From sequence record DRR723986_6929: a DNA stretch of 64,000 nucleotides. The stretch is one strand, 5' to 3'. Made by a program: the position numbers and the translations under genes. Positions 30,781-40,782 of the stretch are shown piece after piece (positions within the stretch are counted from its first letter, which is position 1; every line of letters starts with the position of its first letter). The notes under the pieces are model-generated. The model did no database searches. It was not told where the DNA came from and saw only the letters and a program-made list of their open reading frames with translations.

Positions 30781-31668
30781 ATGACAAATTCAGGTCAGTT
30801 TGAGCAATCCTTCGACGACAACTCCCATTCTTTGTTTTCTCTGCTAAAGCTTCGCGATGTTAGCGCAGGCGGCGCACAGGTGTGCGCATGCCTTCCCTAT
30901 CAAGAGAGCTTCAGTGGCGGAGCGGACAGGGGACTAGCCAAAGGATGGTCGGTTATCACGCTGGATACACTTCTTGGCATGGCCGTCTATGGCCGATTGC
31001 AAGAAACCAGACCGATTGCGACCATCGATCTTGCTGTAGATTATCTGGAGCCTGCCGGTAAAGGGGCAGATTTAATTTGTGAGGCAAATTGCCACGACAT
31101 CAAAGGCAATATTGCCTTTGTCAGCGGCTGTATCAGCGATGCACGGGATGGTTATCAAATCGCCAAAGTCAACGCCAAATTCATCATTAAAAACTCTCCA
31201 AAACCGCAAGGAGAGCGGGGTTCATCGCAGTATATATCGCAGCCATGGGAATTGCCGCAGGCAGAGCTGTGCCCTGGCTTCGAAAAACTGAAGTCCACTG
31301 TCCCTTTTGCCAGCTGGCTCAACCCAGAGCGATACACTTTCGACGGTAAATCTGTTTTCGCTCTTGAATTCAACGACAGCCATATCGGCGACCCTTACGC
31401 TCGTACCGTCCATGGCGGCATCTTGACAAGCCTGATGGAAACGGCCGCGGTAGGTACTCTTGCGATTGATAAGAACGCCGAGGAACTTGCTGATCCTCTG
31501 TCGCTAAAAGTACAGTTCCTGCGTCCGACTGGAGCGCGGAACACCTATGCATCTGCCTCCATCATACGCGCCGGGAAAAATATTATTATAGTTGATGCGC
31601 ACGCATGGCAGGAAAGTCCCGACAAACCGGCAGCCAGAGCCACATTTCTGTTCAAGGCGGGCACTTGA
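30781..31668 (+). CDS. Tandem PaaI/hotdog thioesterase
   Basis: ATIDLAVDY and VHGGILTSLME in two hotdog domains. Confidence 0.8.
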   Translation: MTNSGQFEQSFDDNSHSLFSLLKLRDVSAGGAQVCACLPYQESFSGGADRGLAKGWSVITLDTLLGMAVYGRLQETRPIATIDLAVDYLEPAGKGADLICEANCHDIKGNIAFVSGCISDARDGYQIAKVNAKFIIKNSPKPQGERGSSQYISQPWELPQAELCPGFEKLKSTVPFASWLNPERYTFDGKSVFALEFNDSHIGDPYARTVHGGILTSLMETAAVGTLAIDKNAEELADPLSLKVQFLRPTGARNTYASASIIRAGKNIIIVDAHAWQESPDKPAARATFLFKAGT

Positions 31669-31686
31669 AACTGGATTCGGTCCTGT

Positions 31687-32133
31687 TTAACCCTTCTCAA
31701 CTTCACTCAATAGCCGCATTTTGGCGTCTGCCAGAAAATCAATGATTTCTTCTCTTTTTTCTTCTGCCAAGTCGCCCCAAATATAAGCGAACAAATCCTC
31801 TGCTTCGTTCTGTAATGTGGGCAGGATATGCTGGATTTTGTCTGTTAGATAAATTCGATTTGCTCGCTTGTCGATGGCATCAGGCAAGCGTTTTACCCAG
31901 TCACCTTTTTCAAGTCGCGACAGCATTTTTGAAAGTGGTGCACGGGCCATGTCCATCTGATCAGCCAGCTGCTGCTGGGTCAATCCATCACACCGGCGCA
32001 GGTTCGCCAGCGCAAACCACTGTGCCGGTGTCAACCCAGCATCTTTAATGCGGCGGTCAAAGGCACATTTCATCAGACGGGCGACATCCTGGATAAGGAA
32101 GCCCAAATTTCTGTCATAATTTTCCATAATCAA
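31687..32133 (-). CDS. MarR-family regulator
   Basis: LTPAQW, LTQQQLA, DKRANRIYLT. Confidence 0.9.
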   Translation of the reverse strand: MIMENYDRNLGFLIQDVARLMKCAFDRRIKDAGLTPAQWFALANLRRCDGLTQQQLADQMDMARAPLSKMLSRLEKGDWVKRLPDAIDKRANRIYLTDKIQHILPTLQNEAEDLFAYIWGDLAEEKREEIIDFLADAKMRLLSEVEKG

Positions 32134-32152
32134 TCTATATCATTAAACATAT

Positions 32153-32168
32153 TGTATCCATGGAAACA
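32153..32168. promoter_or_regulatory. Candidate MarR operator 2
   Basis: TGTATCCATGGAAACA, one mismatch to operator 1. Confidence 0.6.
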
Positions 32169-32216
32169 GTATTATAGTCTGCTAACAAAATAAACACATA
32201 TCAGGAACGACAGCCA

Positions 32217-33080
32217 ATGTACCCCTTTTCCCGACTAGCGCTTGCTTTGCTGATCTCCGGGGCCTTTATTATATTGCCTTATGGTCCCATAACTGCCGTA
32301 GCGAGCCAAGCTCAAGACGCCTTTAACTCTGTGCAGAGCGAAGAAATAATCGTCGCGACCGGCGTCATGAAATCCAGGCGTACAAGTATGCTTGGCCCGG
32401 TTGTGCCCGGTGTACTGGAACAAACCTTTGTGAAGGTCGGCGACATTGTTACAAAAGGCCAAGCCCTGTTCCGCATCAGGCCGGTCGACTATGAAATTGC
32501 GGTTCGAAAGGCAAAAGCCGCACTGGACCTGGCGCGAGCTCGTGTCGAGCTGCAAAACAAACGTTTTGACCGCGTATCAGAGCTATTTAAAGATAAAAAC
32601 GTGAGTGAAAGTGCGCTCGAAGAAGCTAGAGCCAGCCTTGATGTCGCTTTGGCCGAGCAAGCGCTTGCCCAGACTGATCTGGATAATGCAGAGCAAATAT
32701 TGTCCGACACCACCATTCGAGCTCCTTACGACGGCGTGATTACGAAAAAAGTAGCGGACGAAGGCGTTTTCAAGACGGTACAGGCCTTCTCCGGCAACGG
32801 CGGCGTTGTTGAGCTTCAGGAAGCCGGGATTATGGTAGCTATTCTATTTGTACCCGTCAGCCAGACCGCGCGCATTGAACTAGGTCAGAAAACATTGCTT
32901 TCCATCGACGGCCTGGATCAGAGATTTGCAGGTGAGATTGCCGTTATCAACCATCAGGCCCACGTGAGCTCCAATATGCTTGAGGTTCGGGTAGCTGTCA
33001 TCAATGACGGTCTCGCCATCAAAGACGGCCAAACGGTGATTGCTCGTATTTATGCGGCGGAAAAGGTGAGCCAGCAATGA
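32217..33080 (+). CDS. RND efflux membrane fusion protein
   Basis: VKVGDIV.KGQ, IRAPYDGVI. Confidence 0.85.
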   Translation: MYPFSRLALALLISGAFIILPYGPITAVASQAQDAFNSVQSEEIIVATGVMKSRRTSMLGPVVPGVLEQTFVKVGDIVTKGQALFRIRPVDYEIAVRKAKAALDLARARVELQNKRFDRVSELFKDKNVSESALEEARASLDVALAEQALAQTDLDNAEQILSDTTIRAPYDGVITKKVADEGVFKTVQAFSGNGGVVELQEAGIMVAILFVPVSQTARIELGQKTLLSIDGLDQRFAGEIAVINHQAHVSSNMLEVRVAVINDGLAIKDGQTVIARIYAAEKVSQQ

Positions 33081-36000
33081 GTCTTTCCGATGTTTCAATT
33101 AAAAGGCCTGTGCTCGCCGTTATGCTGATCGGTGCGCTTGTTGTTTTGGGCTGGCTTTCCTTACCCCGGCTCGGTGTTGATCTGTTTCCGGATGTGGAGT
33201 TTCCCTACATTTCTGTAACCACAACCCTTGAAGGGGCATCACCGGATACGATTGAGAGCGAAGTTACCGATGTCATCGAGGAATATGTTAGTACAATCTC
33301 AGGGCTGCGCCAGGTGCGCTCGACCAGCACGGAAGGCGTTTCGCAGGTCGTACTTGAGTTTGAACTTGATGAAGATATCGGCGAGAAGTCGGAAGACGTA
33401 AGGGATAAAATCGCGCGCGCCGTTTCTGACTTACCGGCGGATGCAAACGCACCGATAGTAGAAAAAGTTGATCCCGATTCCGCCCCTATCATGACACTGA
33501 TTATCTCTGGCGACGCCGATGTCGGCGCTTTGACAACCTACGTTGACGAGAAAATTGTTGCCGATCTGGAACGGCTGCCCGGTGTTGGCTCCGCCAAAAT
33601 CCTCGGAGGCCGCTTGCGGGAAATGCGAATCTGGCTTGACCTTTACCGCATGCGTGCCTTTGGTGTTACCTCTTCCGACATCAGAAATGCGCTGAACCAA
33701 GAACATGTAGAGCTGCCCGGCGGCAGGCTTGAGGTAGGCGGAGGCGAGCGCGAATATATCGTAAAAACTGACGCAGAGGCCAGCACGACCAAAGAATTTG
33801 CTGATTTAGTTGTCTCCTTCCGTACCGGCACAAGGCCAGTGAAGCTGGGGGATATAGCAACAATTGAGGACGGGCTGGAAGATGAAAGAAGTGTAGCGTT
33901 TCTCAATGGCCGTCCGAGTATTGCCGTTGAACTACGCCGCCAATCCGGTAAAAACACCGTTGCTGTCGCCAATCTTGTCAAAGACTATATCACCCAGAGC
34001 AGTGAGCGGCTCCCGGACGGCATGTCAATTGAAGTTTCGAGGGACGTATCCCGTTTTATTGAGTCCTCAATCGAAGACGTGCAAAAAGACCTGGTTATCG
34101 CCATCCTGCTAGTGGTGGCGGTTACATTCTTCTTTGTGCTCAATCTAAAGGCTACTTTGATCGTGGCCCTCGCCATTCCAACATCGCTCATCGCAACATT
34201 TTTTGCGCTGTATGTCTCAGATTTCACATTGAATACTCTGACATTGCTGGCATTGACGGTTGCGATTGGTCTCTTGGTAGATGATGCGATTGTAGTGGTT
34301 GAATCTATTCAGAAAGAACTGGACAAGGGCCTAGAGCCACACGAGGCCGCTTCGGGGGGCACCAGGAAAGTTTGGCTTGCGGTTATGGCGGGCACAGCAG
34401 CGACGCTCGCTGTTTTTCTGCCTATCGCTTTCATGTCCGGGATCGTAGGGCGGTTTTTCATGCAATATGGGCTCGCGATTGTATTTTCCGTTTCGGTTTC
34501 ACTTTTGGTTGCGCTTACCCTCACACCCATGCTCGCGTCCCGGTTTATGGCGAAAGCTTCGATTGGCGGCGGTCTGCTACATCCTATCGAGCGGTTTCAT
34601 GAATGGCTTGTCCGCAGTTACGCATCCGCTCTCAAAACAGCTATTCGCTTCCGCTATATTGTCATGGTTATTGCGTTTCTATCGTTTGCTGGCGGTATAT
34701 TGATCGCCCAGCAAATACCGACCGGATTTTCTCCTCTAGCCGACCGTTCCGAATTCCTCGGGCAGGTCGAACTACCGCTCGGTATTGGTATTGAAGAAGT
34801 GAAGCGAGCCGCAAACACGCTCAACGAGGCTCTTCATACTGTCGATGAGGTGACGTATGTGCTGATTACCGCTGGCGGGGGTGCGCAGCAAAAAATCAAC
34901 CTGCTTGATTTCTATGTCGCGCTGACCCCCAAACAAAGCCGCGAACTTACCCAGCTTACCCTGATGTCCGATGCGCGAAAGGCGATTGCGAGCGCTATGC
35001 CGTCTGCCCTGAAAACATCCGTGTCCGAGGTGCCGTGGGTTTCAGGTGGCGGGGTATCGAGCAGTAAGATGGAATACGTTATTCAAGGGCCAGTGCTTGA
35101 GCAAACAAATGCCTATGCGAATACGCTGGTTGAGAAAATGAGAGCCTCCCCCTTGTTCGCTGATGTGCGCACCAGCTATGAAGCTGGAAAACCAGAGTTG
35201 AAACTGCGGCTCAACCGTCGCTTGTCAGGGGAACTGGGGATCAGTGCGCGCGCTATCGCTCAGGATAGTCAATTGATGATTGGTGGTTCCGATGTGGGCA
35301 CGTTCGAAGCGGGAGGACGCAGGTATGACGTGCGGGCCCGGCTGCGCGCGGATCACCGCGACGAGCCTGGTGACTTGCAATTGATGCAGTTTCGCGGTGC
35401 TTCGGGTGACCTGTTGGATGCTGGTGTTTTGCTTACCTTTGAAACGGGGACTGGCCCGTCTCAGATTGACCGCGTTGACCGCGGGCGTAAAATTTCCCTT
35501 TTCGCAAACCCAGCTGGCGGCGTTTCACTGGGCACGGCATCCGATGCCTTTGCTCAGGAGATGCTGGAAACACCTTTACCAGATGGCATGACGCTTATTG
35601 TTGAGGGAGAAGCACGCCGCCTTACGGAAACCGTTGAGGCAATCAGCTTTGCGTTCATTTTGGCAATCATCGCGCTTTACATGGTTCTTGCCGTTCAGTT
35701 CGACAGCTTTGGCCAGCCCATTATAGTTATGCTGACGGCGCCTCTGTGTTTTTCAGGTGCTTTCGCCGGTCTTTATCTCGCGGATTTGGAAATATCACTT
35801 TTTTCCCAGATCGGCCTAATCGCCCTGATGGGGATTGTGATGAAAAACGGTATTCTTCTGGTAGACCGGGCAAACCAATTGCGTGCAGACGGCCTGACAC
35901 GGCTTGAAGCCATCAAACTTGCCGGTCCGGAGCGACTAAGGCCGGTATTGATGACGGCCCTGTCTGCGGTGTTTGGCATGATGCCAATTGCTTTCGCCAC

Positions 36001-36184
36001 CTCTGACGGTGCTGAATGGCGCAACAGTATGGGCTTCATTATTATGGGTGGGTTGTCATCCTCGACAATCCTCACCCTGTTTGTGATCCCTGCGGCATAC
36101 GGAATCATCACCGATGCCGACAAGGCCGTAGGTAAAGTACGTATGTATTTCGCGGGCAAAAAAAGCATGCCCATAGGTGACTAA
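33077..36184 (+). CDS. AcrB/MdtC-family RND permease
   Basis: GLLVDDAIVVVE, RLRPVLMT. Confidence 0.9.
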   Translation: MSLSDVSIKRPVLAVMLIGALVVLGWLSLPRLGVDLFPDVEFPYISVTTTLEGASPDTIESEVTDVIEEYVSTISGLRQVRSTSTEGVSQVVLEFELDEDIGEKSEDVRDKIARAVSDLPADANAPIVEKVDPDSAPIMTLIISGDADVGALTTYVDEKIVADLERLPGVGSAKILGGRLREMRIWLDLYRMRAFGVTSSDIRNALNQEHVELPGGRLEVGGGEREYIVKTDAEASTTKEFADLVVSFRTGTRPVKLGDIATIEDGLEDERSVAFLNGRPSIAVELRRQSGKNTVAVANLVKDYITQSSERLPDGMSIEVSRDVSRFIESSIEDVQKDLVIAILLVVAVTFFFVLNLKATLIVALAIPTSLIATFFALYVSDFTLNTLTLLALTVAIGLLVDDAIVVVESIQKELDKGLEPHEAASGGTRKVWLAVMAGTAATLAVFLPIAFMSGIVGRFFMQYGLAIVFSVSVSLLVALTLTPMLASRFMAKASIGGGLLHPIERFHEWLVRSYASALKTAIRFRYIVMVIAFLSFAGGILIAQQIPTGFSPLADRSEFLGQVELPLGIGIEEVKRAANTLNEALHTVDEVTYVLITAGGGAQQKINLLDFYVALTPKQSRELTQLTLMSDARKAIASAMPSALKTSVSEVPWVSGGGVSSSKMEYVIQGPVLEQTNAYANTLVEKMRASPLFADVRTSYEAGKPELKLRLNRRLSGELGISARAIAQDSQLMIGGSDVGTFEAGGRRYDVRARLRADHRDEPGDLQLMQFRGASGDLLDAGVLLTFETGTGPSQIDRVDRGRKISLFANPAGGVSLGTASDAFAQEMLETPLPDGMTLIVEGEARRLTETVEAISFAFILAIIALYMVLAVQFDSFGQPIIVMLTAPLCFSGAFAGLYLADLEISLFSQIGLIALMGIVMKNGILLVDRANQLRADGLTRLEAIKLAGPERLRPVLMTALSAVFGMMPIAFATSDGAEWRNSMGFIIMGGLSSSTILTLFVIPAAYGIITDADKAVGKVRMYFAGKKSMPIGD

Positions 36185-36219
36185 ATCCCTCACGCCACCC
36201 AAAGACTGAGGTTTTTTAT

Positions 36220-36297
36220 TGGTTGCGAGAGTAGGATTTACCACTGCGGGGCTTCGCCTCCTCGTGATGACCTACGACCTTCAGGTTATGGGCCTGA
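36220..36297 (-). pseudogene. 3' half of tRNA-Met(CAT) with a 29-nt insertion in the T-loop
   Basis: Minus strand TCAGG-CCCATAA-CCTGAAGGTCGTAGGTC[insert]AAATCCTACTCTCGCAACCA; 5' half absent. Confidence 0.75.
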
Positions 36298-36614
36298 ATG
36301 GCGCCATCAAAGGGTCTGATGTGTAATTACAAGAGCGGAACGCGTGGTGTTCGCTCTTGGCCGAAGGTTGCCCTCTCTATCCGGTCGGGCTGAATGACCG
36401 CAAAGGGTCAGGGAACGACCGTTAGCCTATAAGCCGAGACTGGTGGGTCTCTCGCCACAAGCGGACATTCGCTGCGCCGCAGAAGTCTGGTGAATTGGGC
36501 TCTGAGTCAGCTTTCGCTGCTTTCTGTTTGAATGACTGCTGTTGCCGAATTTCAATCTTATGCAGTTACGGATTTGCGAAAACCTAGTCAAACAAGCCCC
36601 CTACAGCCAAGGCA

Positions 36615-36665
36615 CGGCATAATCCGAAGCGCGGCATTATGAATATTATGCCGACATCGGCATAA
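36615..36665. repeat. RIT right inverted repeat plus terminal palindrome
   Basis: CGGCATAATCCGAAGCGCGGCATTATG then TTATGCCGA-CA-TCGGCATAA. Confidence 0.9.
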
Positions 36666-36978
36666 GGGCCACTGGACCGGAGCCAAGCACCGGCTTGACC
36701 GCCCTATGGAGACCAGCAAAGGCAGCAAACTCTACGCCCGCGAAGAACTGGTTGCCGAAATGACCAGCGCCTTTGTCTGCGCCTCCCTCGGCATTGTCCC
36801 AACCGTGCGCCACGCCGATTATATCGGCGCGTGGCTCGACGTCCTGCGCGCAGACGATAAAGCCATTTTTCGCGCCGCCAGCAAAGCCTCCAAAGCCGCC
36901 GATTATATCCTTGCGTTTCACCTTGAGGCTGGCCCGAAAAACGACCCAGAAAGCACCCCGGAACGGGGGCCAGCATGA
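36666..36978 (+). pseudogene. ardC: ArdC 3' part
   Basis: GHWTG..RLDR, YAREELVAE, HADYIGAW, AIFRAASKA. Confidence 0.9.
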
Positions 36979-37181
36979 GCAAGCAAGCCATGAAAAAACC
37001 CATGACTTACGAACAAACCGATCAGGGCGCGCAAGCGCTCATGCCCATCCTCAAGCCGATCTCGCAGCGGCAGCGTCTGGAAGCTCTGGCCAGTGGTCCT
37101 CTCAGGCCGCGCCGCCAGCAAAAACCACTCACCATTGGCCTCTTTAATGAGGACGCCAGAAACCAGTTGGCACTTTTTTAA
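36975..37181 (+). CDS. Small hypothetical protein
   Basis: ATGA overlap with ardC; YEQTDQGAQ..GLF..NQLALF. Confidence 0.55.
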   Translation: MSKQAMKKPMTYEQTDQGAQALMPILKPISQRQRLEALASGPLRPRRQQKPLTIGLFNEDARNQLALF

Positions 37182-37197
37182 CCTTAAGGAATAGCCG

Positions 37198-37635
37198 ATG
37201 AAACTCATACCCCAAGAACTGGAGGCCCGACTGATCGCCAATTGGCGCAAAGGCGAAAGCTTGGACGAAAACCAAGCCAACAGAGCCGCGCATGACCCGG
37301 TGCCGGTGATTAAATTCTTCGACCCGACCGGCCCTGCCACATGGCTGGTCACCGAGATGGTGGCACACAACCGTGACATTCTCTTTGGCTTGTGTGATCT
37401 GGGTCTGGGCATGCCCGAACTTGGTTATGTGAGCGTGAGCGAGCTTGAGAGCATCCGGGTCGCTGGTGGCAGGCTCGGTATCGAGCGCGATATCCATTTC
37501 ACCGCCAGCTATCCCATCTCGGTTTACGCCCACGCGGCCCGCTCTCATGGGGCCATTACCTTCGATGCACAAACATTGGCGCAAGCCCAAGCCGCGCTCG
37601 AACGCGAAAAACGCTCAAAAGGCGGACACCCGTGA
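37198..37635 (+). CDS. DUF2958 protein
   Basis: PVIKFFDP.GPATWL, LFGLCDLGLG.PELGYVS, IERD. Confidence 0.85.
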   Translation: MKLIPQELEARLIANWRKGESLDENQANRAAHDPVPVIKFFDPTGPATWLVTEMVAHNRDILFGLCDLGLGMPELGYVSVSELESIRVAGGRLGIERDIHFTASYPISVYAHAARSHGAITFDAQTLAQAQAALEREKRSKGGHP

Positions 37636-37744
37636 AGGTTTCGCCGCTCCGGCGAAACCGGCCCCGCCTTCCCCATCGAGCAAAAAGGCGGGGCCACCCC
37701 CAAACAAGACCCAGACAACCCCAAACACCAAAAGGAGAGACACC

Positions 37745-39472
37745 ATGCACTTAGAGCATATCAAACTGGAACAACTCACACCCTGCGCCGTTAACATGCG
37801 CCACACCGGCAAAACCCCCGATGTCAGCGACATCCTGCCCAGTATCCGCGCACGCGGGGTGATCGTGCCCCTGATTGTGCGCGCGGGTACCGATCCCGAC
37901 AGCTATGAGGTAGTGGCCGGTGAGCGCCGGATGAGCGCTGCCAAGATTATCGCCGAGGAAGCCGGCGGGATCGAGCCCCTGCCCTGCGCGGTGATGGAAA
38001 AAGGCGATGATGCTGCCGCGCTGGAGATTTCCATTCTGGAAAACTGCGCCCGGCTCGATCCCGACCCCATGACCCAGTATGAAGCCTTCGCGGCGCTCAA
38101 AGAGCAAGGCCGGACACTCGCTGATATTGCTGACACCTTCGGCGTCACCGAGCTCACCGTCAAACGCCGCCTTGCGCTCGGTAGCCTCATCCCGGCCATA
38201 CGGAGGGCCTACAGGCTTGAGAAAATCGACAATGAAAGCATCAAATCTCTGACCATGGCGACAACCAAGCAGCAACGGGACTGGATCAAGCTTTTTAACG
38301 ACAAAGACGCCTTCACCCCAACAGGTATGCGGCTGAAAAGCTGGCTCTTTGGCGGCAAAGAAATTGAGGTGGGCGTCGCGCTCTTTGACCTCAACAAATA
38401 CCAAGGAACGCGGGTCAGCACCCTGTTCGGCGACGATGAATATTTCTCCGATACCGACCAGTTCTGGGCGCTGCAAAATCAAGCCATTGCTTCACTAAGC
38501 GAGACCTATAAGAAAACCGGCTGGCAAGAAGTGCATGTCTTGGATCTAGGCAAAAGCTTCTATGATTGGGAGCATGTGGCGACCAGCAAACAAGACGGCG
38601 GCCATGTCTATATTGCTGTGGCGCAGTCGGGTGCAGTCAAAGCCTATGAAGGCTATATCACCGAGAAGGAAGCCAAGGCCCGGCTCAGAGCCAAAGCGAC
38701 CATGGACGGCGGCGTTGCAGCGAAAACCCTGCGGCCCGAGATAAGCCAAGTGATGCAAAATTATCTTGCCCTGCACCGGCACGCCGCCGTGCAAGTCGAA
38801 CTGGCCGCCGCGCCCAAACTGGCGCTCAGGGTCGCGGTGGCCCATATGATCATCGGCACCGACAAATGGCGCACCGAGGCCGATGCACCCCGCCCGAAAA
38901 ATGATGCCATCGCCGCTTCTCTGAAAAATGCTGCCGCACGCAAGGTGTTTGCCGTCCAGCGCAAGGCCGTCCTGAAAGCGGCGAAACTGCCCGAACACCA
39001 GCACACGTTGATCAGCCGCACGCCAGATGCCGTTGCCACCACCCAAATCCTGGCACATCTACTGACGCTCTCTGACGCTGCAGTAATTAAGATCATGGCC
39101 TTCGCCATGGCGGAAACCCTCGCTGCCGACACGCCGATGGTCGAAGCCATCGGTAATCACCTATCCGTCGATATGAGCAAATACTGGAAGCCCGAGCAAA
39201 CCTTCTTTGATCTGATCCGCGAGAAAGCAACTGTCAACGCGATCTTGCGCGAGGTTGGTGGCAAGGCCGCAGCAGACGGTAATGTCTCGTCCACCGCCAA
39301 AGCGCAAAAAGCGATCATCGGTGACTTTCTTGAAGGCCGACAGGGTCGCAAACAGGTCAGCCCGTGGATGCCCCGCTTCCTGCAGTTTCCGTTTAAAAGC
39401 TACACCAAAAACGGCGGCATTGGCATCCAAGAGGGCTGGGAGCAAGTGAAGGGATATTTTAAAGGCAAATGA
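37745..39472 (+). CDS. ParB/RepB/Spo0J-family long protein
   Basis: SIRARGV, VVAGERR, ILEN; AAGGAG RBS. Confidence 0.85.
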   Translation: MHLEHIKLEQLTPCAVNMRHTGKTPDVSDILPSIRARGVIVPLIVRAGTDPDSYEVVAGERRMSAAKIIAEEAGGIEPLPCAVMEKGDDAAALEISILENCARLDPDPMTQYEAFAALKEQGRTLADIADTFGVTELTVKRRLALGSLIPAIRRAYRLEKIDNESIKSLTMATTKQQRDWIKLFNDKDAFTPTGMRLKSWLFGGKEIEVGVALFDLNKYQGTRVSTLFGDDEYFSDTDQFWALQNQAIASLSETYKKTGWQEVHVLDLGKSFYDWEHVATSKQDGGHVYIAVAQSGAVKAYEGYITEKEAKARLRAKATMDGGVAAKTLRPEISQVMQNYLALHRHAAVQVELAAAPKLALRVAVAHMIIGTDKWRTEADAPRPKNDAIAASLKNAAARKVFAVQRKAVLKAAKLPEHQHTLISRTPDAVATTQILAHLLTLSDAAVIKIMAFAMAETLAADTPMVEAIGNHLSVDMSKYWKPEQTFFDLIREKATVNAILREVGGKAAADGNVSSTAKAQKAIIGDFLEGRQGRKQVSPWMPRFLQFPFKSYTKNGGIGIQEGWEQVKGYFKGK

Positions 39473-39680
39473 GCAAAAAACCGCGTGAGGCGGTCCCAAA
39501 AATCGCCTCATAGTATCTTTTCGACTTAGGCGGCGGGCGCATGCTCAACAATGATGAGGTTTTGAAGTAGCCTGCCCTTAGCATTTGTGGGTAGGTTTTC
39601 TATGTCTCTGGCTTTTAACGTGGCTTTTAATCTGGAATTTGATCTGGATTTCTTGACAAAATACGGGTATCCCGTATACC

Positions 39681-39965
39681 ATGATAGGTGATGACTTTGA
39701 ATGGGATGATGAGAAAGCCACGTCAAATGCTGAAAAGCATGGCGTTACTTTTGAACAAGCCCTTTCGGTATTTAGTGATCCGTTTGCAATTGAACTCTTG
39801 GATGATAGGGAGAATTATAACGAGGATCGTTATATCCTTATTGGGATGGCAGCGGTCACTTTACTCGTCATTGTCTATACAGAACGGAACGACAAAAATC
39901 GAATAATATCTGCTCGAAGCGCAGAAGCTAACGAACGGCGATTTTACCATGAACAAAACAAGTGA
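39681..39965 (+). CDS. brnT: BrnT-family toxin
   Basis: FEWDDEK..N.EKHGVTF, EDRY, RIISAR. Confidence 0.9.
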   Translation: MIGDDFEWDDEKATSNAEKHGVTFEQALSVFSDPFAIELLDDRENYNEDRYILIGMAAVTLLVIVYTERNDKNRIISARSAEANERRFYHEQNK

Positions 39966-40215
39966 TCTTGACAATATGCCATTAAGTGATGGTGATTTGA
40001 AACGGATGAAAAGAACACCGCAAGCTAAAATTATCCGCAGAGCATTAAAGCTTAACCAGCACGAATTTGCAGCCCAGTTTCATATAGCTATAGGTACGTT
40101 GCGGGACTGGGAACAAAATCGCGCAGAACCGGACGGTGCAGCGAAAGCATATCTTAGAGTGATAGCCCGTGAACCAGATATGGTTCGTAGAGCTTTATCC
40201 AAACCATACAGCTAA
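39949..40215 (+). CDS. XRE/HTH antitoxin
   Basis: LNQHEFA, TLRDWEQNR.EP; overlaps toxin. Confidence 0.8.
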   Translation: MNKTSDLDNMPLSDGDLKRMKRTPQAKIIRRALKLNQHEFAAQFHIAIGTLRDWEQNRAEPDGAAKAYLRVIAREPDMVRRALSKPYS

Positions 40216-40782
40216 AGATAAGAATACACGACGCAGAAGAAATGCCCGCCACCACTCTATCGACCATTAGTCGCTAGAGGGCAGTTTTGGCTTCCGTAAC
40301 ACCCTCCTGCCTATTTCATGCAGGGCCCGTTCAACAACCTGCAATCATCAGCACCCCAACAATATAGACGGTACCAAGGTCCATTGCTCCGGGCGTTGGC
40401 TTTGCTTTCAATTGGCGCGCCTTCATTCACACGGTACCTTATAGCCTGTCTTTGTCGCAGCTACCTTGATGGGTGGCACAAGCCCAAATACAGTCTATTC
40501 ATCCAATCTTATATTTAGCCCTGAGCGCCACTTCCTCTGCCCCGCCTTGATGACCTATCACTGACGAACACGGGCCGAAACTCGTCGCCGTGATTATTTT
40601 CCCCGTCGCTAGCGCGCCTCCTCGCGCAGCAAAATAACCCCGCCTCAGGGTCATGCACCGCCCTGAACAATCGTGTCTTTTTTTTCACTACGGCGTTCAG
40701 GGCGCTGTTCAGCCCGCAACCCTCCGCAATTGGTCAGGCTTGCCGAGAGGGATTGGCCCTCCGGACAACAATAAGGAGATGA

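Larger units (their letters stand above)
26379..36665 (-). mobile_element. RIT element with about 7 kb cargo inserted in ardC
   Basis: Three overlapping tyrosine recombinases; 27-bp perfect terminal IRs; GGGCCA on both flanks. Confidence 0.85.

Noticed and set aside
36220-36297. Functional or intron-containing tRNA
   Set aside because: 5' half absent, anticodon loop altered, insert breaks the T-loop
37745-39472. Partition system or replicon
   Set aside because: No parA or rep gene in the window, so plasmid versus ICE cannot be decided
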